The position numbers were made by a program, and so were the translations under genes. A stretch of 44,937 nucleotides of DNA from Octopus bimaculoides (lineage: Eukaryota), in assembly GCF_001194135.2 (NCBI RefSeq), contig NC_068983.1, forward strand, positions 101,875,144 through 101,920,080. The letters run 5' to 3'. Every line of letters begins with the position of its first letter. Position 1 is the stretch's first letter. The notes under the pieces were generated by a model. The model saw only the letters and a program-made list of their open reading frames with translations, did not search any database and was not told the DNA's origin. Shown piece after piece: positions 39,101-44,937 of this stretch.

Positions 39101-41659
39101 ATATTAAAGAGAACAACAAAAGTTATAACAGTTGACAGGGTCGGTAGTTTTCACATTTCGGTAATTTTTCAGATTAACACCGGCACGATTATGTAACCGT
39201 AATCCTTAAACCCTAACCCTGACCCTAAAACTGTAACCATAACACTAACCCTCATCATAACCCTAACCCTAACTGTAACCCTAAAACCCTAACCCTGACC
39301 CAAAAACCGTAACCCTAACATCCTAGTGAAAATTGTGCGGGTGTTAATCTGAAAAATTACCCACATTTGTAATGAAGTTCACTGATTTGCAATGTGTTGT
39401 CCATAAGCTCCGTAGTTTGTATATTTACAAAACATTGACGAACATGAGTTATCTTGTAGTGAATGCTTGTGTATATGTGCGCGTGTATGCGTTTGAGAGA
39501 GCGAGAGAGAAGAGGGAGAGAGGAAAAGAGAGAGGGGGGAGAAAGGAATAGAGAACGGGAGCAATGAAGAAAGAGAAAGAGAGGAAGGGAGAACAGAAGA
39601 CAGTTATAAAATAGCAATGCATGCGCATGTTTATATAAGAAACACACAGAAACTAAATCTTATATCTATAATGTTGATGTGTGTATGTGTTTATGTGTAT
39701 GTTGTTGTCACAGATCACGTATGTGTAGTTGTGTGTTTTTACATTTCTATGTTATGAAAAATATGTTAGAGGTAGAGGGATAGAAGAAAGCTATTAAATG
39801 GGAGAGAGGAAGAATAACGAAGTAAGAGTGAAAAGGTAGAATGAAAGAATAGTCTTAAAGCAAGTTAATCTATGACTTTGTATGTATCACTTTCTCTCTC
39901 TCTCTCTCTCTTTTACTCTTACTCTGTATGTTATATGTTGAGCGCGTGATCGATGTGTAAGAACACCGGTACACGTAGAAGGGAAGAAATATAAAAGTTG
40001 CTAGAAACAACAGCTAAATCTCCCTTAAATCACACAAAGTAAACGGAATTTAAAAAATGTAATTACTGCACTGGAAAGTTCACATCGAGAAAATTCCATT
40101 GATGTAAAAATTTTTGCGAAAAAGTAGAAAATGTGGATTTCTATAAACTTTTAAAAAGGCTTCACACAGATACAGAACTTCAGCATTATATATTAAGATG
40201 GGCAACACACACACACACTAAGTAAAAAACAATGATAGGTATTTGTATGTATGTGTGTATTAATGTGCATTCTGTGTGTGTATATATATATGGTCGTAAG
40301 TAAATGCGTTTTAAGAAAGATATTAAGAAAATTCAGTTTGTAAGGAATAAATGTTTGACTGTCGATCGTATTTGGAAGAGACTGTATGTATGTGTTTATT
40401 TGTATGAATCAGTGTAGCGACGGGAGGTTTGTACCCATCTTTACGTTCTGAGTTCAAATTCCACCTAAGTCAACTTTGCCTTTCATCCTTTCGGGGTTTA
40501 AAAAATAAGTACCAGTTGGACACAGGGGTCGATATAATCGACTATTCTCCACCTTCCCGAAGCCGCCCTTGTGGGAAAAATTTAAAATAATAATAATAAT
40601 AATAATAATGACGTCTGCCGATCAAACTCCCAACCCACAACTAAGTCTTAAGTGTATATATATATGGGCAACACACACACACACACACACACACNNNNNN
40701 NNNNNNNNNNNNNNNNNNNNNNNNNNNNNNNNNNNNNNNNNNNNNNNNNNNNNNNNNNNNNNNNNNNNNNNNNNNNNNNNNNNNNNNNNNNNNNNNNNNN
40801 NNNNNNNNNNNNNNNNNNNNNNNNNNNNNNNNNNNNNNNNNNNNNNNNNNNNNNNNNNNNNNNNNNNNNNNNNNNNNNNNNNNNNNNNNNNNNNNNNNNN
40901 NNNNNNNNNNNNNNNNNNNNNNNNNNNNNNNNNNNNNNNNNNNNNNNNNNNNNNNNNNNNNNNNNNNNNNNNNNNNNNNNNNNNNNNNNNNNNNNNNNNN
41001 NNNNNNNNNNNNNNNNNNNNNNNNNNNNNNNNNNNNNNNNNNNNNNNNNNNNNNNNNNNNNNNNNNNNNNNNNNNNNNNNNNNNNNNNNNNNNNNNNNNN
41101 NNNNNNNNNNNGTATTTGTTGTTGGATTGTTCGTAAAGGTTCATAAGAGAAAGTAGGAGTTGAAAGGATTTGTATTAGAAAGAGGAAATTAGATTTTATT
41201 AGGGAGAAAATGTTTACTCATGTAGTTTTATGGATTATATTCGTTATTAGGAATTTTTTGGAGTGAAAAAATGACGCAGTGACCTAACAAATTGTATTTA
41301 GAATATTAATTGCGATTCTTTAATCCAAGAAATTTGGAATTGTGTAAATGTATGAATTTTTAGCCAAATTCAAGGAGGTGTTCCTCATTGTGTCTCTTCT
41401 CAGGGACATTGTGAGGAATGCATGTGCCAGTTTCCAGAGCCATCTTGTGGCAGTAGTGGAAGCTAAGAGTGCCTACTTTGAATAAACTGTTATCTCCCAG
41501 CCATAATCTAGTTGGCATTTTTTGATTTTATAAAATACTTTTATTTTTGACAGGATATCATGTTTTCTTTCATTTTTATACAAATTGTCAAACTTAGCTG
41601 AACACCCTGTGTGTGTGTGTATGTGTGTGTGCGTGCGCATGTGTGTGTGTGCATGTCTG

Positions 41660-41699
<40 letters not shown>

Positions 41700-42875
41700 C
41701 AGACAGCGCTAGGCACTGCACATTCTTTATTTTCTCTCCTTGTTTCTTTCTGTGTTCCTTTCTGTGGAAGAGCATAGGCTCAAAATGTTAAAGACTTTTT
41801 CACTTCTCAAGCATTAAACTAATACATCTGTTTGTTGTCTACACCACCCGTCTTCGTCTTTTGTTGTTGTTTTTTTTGTGAATTCTCACCCTAGATATGT
41901 TTCTTTATTAGCCACACAGGGTTCAACATAGAGGGGACAAAATACAAATGTAGAGTTTTTCTTTTCGAGGGGGGCGAAAACAAAGCAGAAAAAAAAAACA
42001 AAAGTGGGGACAACGATGAAAAAAAATACATCGCAAAACGTTTGGGGTATTTACAAAAAATACGAAATAATACAGAAAATTCCCAATAAATGGGGAGGTT
42101 ATCCGTGGAAAGAAAAACCTACGAAAAGACCACGGTAACCTCAGTCCTTAGTGTCACAGTTTGTTAAATAAAATTCCTTTTATTTATGCAAGAAACGTAA
42201 GTAACTCTCTGTTTACAAAATTTTAAAACGTTTTATAGAATCATGGTCAAGGTGGCTTCGTCATTTATACGTGCCATTCTTGCTACATAGACAGATAGAT
42301 AGATAGGTAGATAGATAGGTAAGTAGGTAGGTAGGTAGATAGATAGATAAATAGATGGATGGATGGATGGATAGATAGATAGATAGATAGATAGATAGAA
42401 GGGAGAAGAGTGAAAGAGAAACAGTAAAAGAATTACCTGAGATAAAAATCCATACTCTAGGCAAGGAATCCGTTTGGATCTTTCCCCATCAGCTGTTGTT
42501 GATGGGACCAAACTAAGATCTCTTGTAAAAGAGTGGCTAAGATTTGGAACTGTTGCTGAAGAGGCAAGCCGCAAAATCCGACTGAGGCTGAGCTTGCCCA
42601 CTTTGATTGGTGAAAATGTTGAGGGGCTGGAAGAAATGGCTGCAGCACCACCAGAAGGAGCACTTTCATTGTTGTTGTTATTGTTGTTGTTGTTATTGCT
42701 ACTGCTACTGCTGCTGCTACTACTGCTGCTGCTGCTACTGCTACTACTGCTGTTATGATTGTGGTGGCTGTTGTTATTGCTTTCATGACTTGGACAGTTT
42801 GTATTTCTATCAGTTATTGAGGGGATGTGATTGTCTTCTTTGTTCTTGCTACATTTACTTGAAGGATGACACAAA
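16555..42875 (-). CDS. PARP8: PARP6/PARP8-family mono-ADP-ribosyltransferase, 3' part (12 coding exons, about 500 aa plus stop; 5' exons not located in the window)
   Basis: Assembled by hand: join(complement 42437-42875, 37623-37718, 36758-36850, 34952-35077, 32322-32455, 31111-31159, 30172-30284, 25348-25420, 20987-21115, 19238-19292, 17260-17344, 16555-16666) = 1504 nt. Every intron is GT-AG and the phases chain without a stop. The peptides match recalled human PARP8 motifs collinearly (EYCVVCD, VVDLL, PLLQW, SNRSHIVKLP, FAFHGS, ENWHSILR, YGxGIYLSP, CIALCEV, CTRFFFVYED). Vertebrate PARP6 and PARP8 are paralogues, so the symbol denotes the family. Confidence 0.96.
17260..17344 (-). CDS. PARP8: PARP6/8 exon (V)VKAPELEKHGNVWVCTKSEYVCTRFFF(V)
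   Basis: tttcattttag|TT ... GT|gtaagt; 85 nt, phase 1-2. Confidence 0.96.
17555..17715 (-). mobile_element. SINE
   Basis: tcgaccctaaaaggatgaaaggaaaaattgacctcagcagaatttgaactcagaac matches the other copies in the window. Confidence 0.8.
19238..19292 (-). CDS. PARP8: PARP6/8 exon HKNRFLQSDNINCIALCE(V)
   Basis: tttctcttacag|CAT ... G|gtaggt; 55 nt, phase 0-1. Confidence 0.96.
19385..19600 (+). mobile_element. Mariner-derived MITE (about 216 bp)
   Basis: Inverted ends gatgctgaaaagttcctggcttt / aaagccaggatattttcagcact, with TA on both flanks. The interior keeps the transposase C-terminus (KLKDCCNKFVNLRGECVE*). Confidence 0.8.
20987..21115 (-). CDS. PARP8: PARP6/8 exon VNGAAYGKGIYLSPISSISFRYSKMGHGFYTFHTAPNTTTIPQ
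   Basis: tttcttgctag|GTG ... CAG|gtaagg; 129 nt. Contains the catalytic GIYLS tyrosine. Confidence 0.96.
21475..21577. repeat. Long (TG)n microsatellite
   Basis: About 50 dinucleotide units, nearly pure. Confidence 0.98.
22601..23110 (-). mobile_element. Helitron-like non-autonomous element, 3' end at 22601, within (TA)n
   Basis: The minus strand ends CCGGGTGAAACCAGG (subterminal hairpin)-cttagctg-CTAG|T, the same architecture as the end at 38293. The 5' boundary is a guess. Confidence 0.55.
23160..23400 (+). mobile_element. SINE 3' half following a (TG)n linker
   Basis: gcttgacaaccagtgttggtg..gatagaataagtaccaggctt..gtgccccagcatagcc..ctaatgactgaaacaag. Same family as 31365-31815. Confidence 0.8.
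23855..24300 (-). mobile_element. Two head-to-tail SINE copies (about 23855-24070 and 24085-24300)
   Basis: Both start tagtttcaaattttggcacaaggccagcaa on the plus strand and end gctca/cc..ccttatg. They are flanked by an 18-bp TSD-like repeat. Confidence 0.85.
25348..25420 (-). CDS. PARP8: PARP6/8 exon (H)GSSIENWHSILRIGLLNASGTKYQ
   Basis: ttgttactcag|T ... CAG|gtaatt; 73 nt, phase 2-0. Confidence 0.96.
26860..27430. repeat. GA-rich polypurine low-complexity tract with an internal tandem duplication of about 30 bp (27031-27100)
   Basis: gaagggagaggttatagaagagagaatagtg occurs twice in tandem. Confidence 0.9.
27924..28136 (-). mobile_element. SINE with a perfect 18-bp target-site duplication
   Basis: TACAAGAAAATATATAAT at 27906-27923 and 28137-28154. 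The body is homologous to the other SINE copies. Confidence 0.9.
28884..29917. mobile_element. Non-autonomous TIR DNA transposon (Tc1/mariner/pogo type, TA target)
   Basis: TA|CCATAAAAACCCATGTAATT on the left versus AATTACATGGGGTTTTATGG|TA on the right (1 mismatch in 20). TIR-like motifs recur subterminally. Confidence 0.7.
30172..30284 (-). CDS. PARP8: PARP6/8 exon QLTFMHTNHQFLLLSAAPAKEEIFRTARDRHGSTFAF(H)
   Basis: attctgtttcag|CAA ... CA|gtaagt; 113 nt, phase 0-2. The catalytic His codon is split by the intron. Confidence 0.96.
30720..30870 (+). mobile_element. SINE 5' part
   Basis: caagtatcttctactatag..cttgtgagtggatttgatagacagaaactgaaagaagccc matches the copy at 31365. Confidence 0.7.
31111..31159 (-). 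CDS. PARP8: PARP6/8 exon (W)IITSNRSHIVKLPPTD
   Basis: gttgttttcag|G ... GAT|gtaagt; 49 nt, phase 2-0. Confidence 0.96.
31365..31815 (+). mobile_element. Near full-length tRNA-derived SINE with a central (TG)n
   Basis: Head gtgtggtaagaag..ggttccagattcagtacc, then a (TG)n linker, then a 3' half ending ctaatgactgaagcaaataaaaaa. There is a small internal duplication at about 31670-31715. Confidence 0.85.
32001..32216. mobile_element. piggyBac-like MITE (TTAA target duplication)
   Basis: TTAA|TCCTTTA ... TAAAGGA|TTAA (31997-32007 and 32210-32220). Confidence 0.6.
32322..32455 (-). CDS. PARP8: PARP6/8 exon HKDYKKVKSILKVFPTMSEMLWNSGKDLQKIMDERNRLAYPLLQ(W)
   Basis: ctttcttacag|CAT ... TG|gtaagt; 134 nt, phase 0-2. 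Confidence 0.96.
32719..34435 (-). mobile_element. LINE (L1/Tx1-like) ORF1 relic without ORF2
   Basis: Frameshifted pieces: an Asn/Thr-rich N-terminus, STFAAAAAK, SFGTISVLFKTEELA, and KGKRPHYFACGEATHLQTHC (C-x2-C-x4-H-x4-C knuckle with the first C changed to Y, about 33200-33250), followed by a low-complexity tail. The clade assignment is inferred. Confidence 0.7.
34622..34690. repeat. (AAT)n/(GAT)n microsatellite
   Basis: Directly visible. Confidence 0.97.
34952..35077 (-). CDS. PARP8: PARP6/8 exon VVDLLISMTKAACKSNRRDIIFNPYPTIIDPEKPTEFGLHPK
   Basis: cttcttacag|GTT ... AAG|gtaatg; 126 nt, phase 0-0. Confidence 0.96.
35185..35696 (+). mobile_element. Tc1-family transposase relic with an internal deletion and the right TIR
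   Basis: WSKNLQNWSLEQWKVVIFSDESSF..LPTVKHGGGSVM, then LQELETVLAEEWTKIP..SIPGRIQAVITAKG. Ends ttttgtccaacccttg|TA(n). Confidence 0.9.
36148..36243 (+). mobile_element. RTE-type LINE 3' end with a (GAT)n tail
   Basis: gtccaacccatgctagcatggaaagcagacgttaaacgatgatgatgatgat; 5'-truncated at (TA)n next to the gap. Confidence 0.75.
36758..36850 (-). CDS. PARP8: PARP6/8 exon PAVCARELCSFAFQDLGVMSTATTAMDTGAE
   Basis: tcatttccag|CCT ... GAG|gtaagc; 93 nt, phase 0-0. Confidence 0.96.
37215..37390 (+). mobile_element. SINE
   Basis: ctgagttcaaatcctgctgaagtcaattttgcc..aaagtaccagt..aaattactggcattgtgc, the reverse complement of the minus-strand SINE copies. Confidence 0.8.
37623..37718 (-). CDS. PARP8: PARP6/8 exon VYLYTRQRIPTLNEYCVVCDQAHLFQNGSMLQ
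   Basis: ttgttataag|GTT ... CAG|gtaagt; 96 nt, phase 0-0. Confidence 0.96.
38293..40198 (-). mobile_element. Helitron-like non-autonomous element (true length about 1.6 kb after removing an assembly duplication)
   Basis: Minus strand: A|TCTTAATATATAATG at the 5' end (40198), subterminal hairpin CCTGGACAACGTCGGG (38305-38320), and CTAG|T at the 3' end (38293). It is inserted in an AT dinucleotide with no TSD. Confidence 0.75.
39200..39320. repeat. Degenerate (CCCTAA)n telomere-like repeats
   Basis: ccctaaccctgaccctaaaa..ccctaaccctaactgtaaccctaaaaccctaaccctgacc..ccctaac. Confidence 0.85.
40415..40570 (+). mobile_element. SINE
   Basis: gttctgagttcaaattcc..gtcaactttgcctttcatcctttcgggg..aataagtaccagttgg. 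Confidence 0.8.
41370..41609 (+). mobile_element. Tc1/mariner 3' fragment
   Basis: DIVRNACASFQSHLVAVVEAKSAYFE* resembles a mariner transposase C-terminus. Ends ttagctgaacaccctg before (TG)n. Confidence 0.6.
41610..41705. repeat. (TG)n/(TAGA)n microsatellite
   Basis: Directly visible. Confidence 0.97.
41706..42240 (+). mobile_element. Penelope-like terminal/non-autonomous repeat containing a hammerhead relic (41758-41793)
   Basis: CTTT-CTGTGGA-A-GAGCatagGCTC-AAAATGTT-AAAG, with CpG-retaining flanks. The family assignment is inferred from the motif. Confidence 0.5.
42290..42400. repeat. (TAGA/TAGG/TGGA)n tetranucleotide repeat
   Basis: Directly visible; begins about 35 nt into the intron after the 42437 donor. 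Confidence 0.97.
42437..42875 (-). CDS. PARP8: PARP6/8 exon (439 nt) with a low-complexity Ser/Asn region, ending SKRIPCLEYGFLSQ
   Basis: Acceptor ttcctgttgcag|T and donor CAG|gtaatt. The C-terminal end matches PARP8 AKCIPVRDRGFLVQ. The acceptor position is less certain than the donor. Confidence 0.85.
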
Positions 42876-43322
42876 CTGCAACAGGAACAAGAAATAATGT
42901 GAGAAAATCCAGAAAAAGTTTTGCAGTTCAAAAAGCATACTAAGAATCTAGTACATTAATAGAGAGATGCACTGTCAATCTATGAAATCAATAGTTAAAT
43001 TAGCATTAACATGTTTAATGGGAAATAGGAATGAAAAAAAATCTAACTAAAATGTAATTTGTTATGAGCAATGGGACTGAACCCCAAATCATGTAGTTGG
43101 GAAGTGAACTTCTTACCACACAGTCATGTCTGACAATGATAATGATAAGAATGATGAGGAAGAGGAGGAAGAAGGAGAATAGGAGTTGGAGTGCAAGTAA
43201 TTTTTAACAGGCACCAAGTCATGTAACTGGAACTTGCTTCTGGACTCAAACCCTTGTTTTTGGTGTTATACAAATGAGAAATGAAACAGTTCCTGGTGCA
43301 GGTGTTATCTATTTAACACAGC

Positions 43323-43585
43323 TAGGGCAGGTGCTAAGAAGTGCAAGGCCCAATTAGAGAATTTTTAGGCCCTCCACTCTACAAAAGCTGAAAATTGATG
43401 TCTAATGCTTCGTGTAGTATGCCAGTCCCAACCAAAAGGCATTGAGGGCTTGAGGCTCCTCCATTAGCCACAATGATATACTAAAAATTCATCATAGTAT
43501 CCTCTGCTCAAACGTGTGCAGGGCCCTCTCTTGGCACTGGGCCCAATTTGAACAAATCTGTCTGATTAGCATAAAATTAGCTCTG
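43323..43585. mobile_element. Possible hAT-type MITE
   Basis: 8-bp TSD-like AACACAGC (43315-43322) and AACACTGC (43586-43593). The ends TAGGGC../..GCTCTG resemble CAGGGC TIRs, and there are internal ggccc motifs. Confidence 0.5.
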
Positions 43586-43899
43586 AACACTGCTAGTTGA
43601 AACAGATACATGTATGAGCCAACAAGGGAACTTGTATGTGGTCATTTCACTTGCTAGAAATAGCAACTAAATTTCTTTTTAATCATGCTTAGACATCATT
43701 AAAAAAATGACATATTAGACAATGGGAAAAAAGCACAGAATGGTCATGGCTTGAATCCCTTTGATCATGGGTCTCCTCAATCAAGTTTGCACTGGGAATT
43801 AATAACATCTGATATCTTTTACTTTTTATCTTTTATTTGTTTCAAATATTAGACGGTGACCATACTGGGGCCCTGCTTTGAAAGGTCTAATTGAATGAA

Positions 43900-44440
43900 C
43901 TGAATCCAGTAATTATTTTTTAAGCATGGTAGCTATTCTACAGGTTTCGTTTTCTTGAACCACGAACTTACAGGGACATAAACAAATCAGCATTAGTTGT
44001 CAAGTGATGATGAAGTGGGGAACAAACAAAACACACACAGACATACACACACACACATACACACACACACACATGAAAGGCTAGCATGCAGCTTCTGTCT
44101 ACAAAACTCAGTCACAAGGCATTACTCAGCCTGGGACTATACTAAAAGACACTTACCCAAGGTGCCAGTTTGATGGGACTGACCATGAATTCATTTTGTT
44201 GTATAAAATGCAATATTCTATCATACACAAAAGGGCCGTAAGCTGACAGAATTGTTAGCATGCTGGGCAAAATACTTGGTAGCATTTCGTTCTTCATGCT
44301 CTGAGTTAAATGACTGCTAAGGTCAACTTTGCCTTTCATCCTTTCAGGGTTGGTAAAATAAGCACCAGTTAAGTATTGGGGTCAATTGCAATCAATTTAC
44401 CCTCCCCAAAATTGCTGGTCTTGTGCCAAAATTTGAAAAT
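43900..44440 (-). mobile_element. Cluster of minus-strand SINE pieces (about 43900-44170 with a (CA)n linker, and 44240-44440)
   Basis: Reverse complements of the SINE segments seen at 31365-31815 and 37215-37390. Confidence 0.75.
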
Positions 44441-44714
44441 ATTTTGCCACACAAAAGCAAAGAAATACTTAGAGCGAATGTAAACACAAACCCATTATTT
44501 TTGTGATGCAATGCTGTATTCCAGGACCTTGTAAGAAAATGACTGCTGATGAATTTTGAAAGATTCACTGCCTAAAAATGATCATCCAGTAATAAATTCT
44601 CTTTCATAAACACTGAGTGTCAAAAATTGAGTCTCACATTTCTTTCAGTTAATTTTTTAGAAGAATTCCTATTGAATAAGACAACAGAAGAAAGTGCCTA
44701 ATTTAGGGACAGCT

Positions 44715-44850
44715 ATGGTTGGTTACGAAAATCACTTTGCAACCACATTGTTCCAGGTTCAGTTCCCCTGCATGCCACCTTGAGCATGTATCTTCTACTA
44801 TAGCTCCAGACCAATGAAAGCCTTGTAAGTGAATTTGGTAGATGGAAGCA
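44715..44850 (+). mobile_element. SINE 5' part
   Basis: gttccaggttcagttcccctg..tatcttctactatagc..aagccttgtaagtgaatttggtagatgg. Confidence 0.75.
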
Positions 44851-44863
44851 TGTTTTGTCTGTC

Positions 44864-44865
<2 letters not shown>

Positions 44866-44937
<72 letters not shown>
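44866..44937. repeat. (CT)n(TA)n microsatellite
   Basis: Directly visible. Confidence 0.97.

Noticed and set aside
35641-41156. Long ORFs of X residues and YI/VC/HT-repeat ORFs (also 1175-1553, 13645-14120, 21325-21717)
   Set aside because: Artefacts of N gaps and microsatellites.
44500-44580. Possible upstream PARP8 exon (AVNLSKFISSHFLTRSW)
   Set aside because: Similarity to the PARP8 N-terminal region is not convincing and no phase-2 donor was identified.

Overview
This is an AT-rich, microsatellite- and transposon-dense animal genomic window. Its repeat families resemble those of Octopus (recognition only, not verified). It has four N gaps: 1192-1201, 35712-36108, 38709-38718 and 40695-41111. 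The main feature is mostly invisible in the ORF track: the 3' 12 coding exons of a minus-strand PARP6/PARP8-family mono-ADP-ribosyltransferase gene (42875 to 16555). All splice sites are GT-AG and all phases are compatible, giving about 500 aa that include the Cys-rich region and the complete catalytic domain. The rest is mostly decayed mobile DNA: RTE-type LINE pieces, a Penelope-like element (RT plus GIY-YIG), a Tigger/pogo transposase relic, Tc1/mariner relics and MITEs, a LINE ORF1-only insertion, Helitron-like elements and many tRNA-derived SINEs. The best leads are strong unexplained RNA hairpins downstream of the PARP gene, two CpG-decayed minimal hammerhead ribozyme relics, a Helitron carrying telomere-like repeats and an ORF, and a possible second spliced gene whose first codons resemble a signal peptide. 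I found no convincing wholly new biological system.
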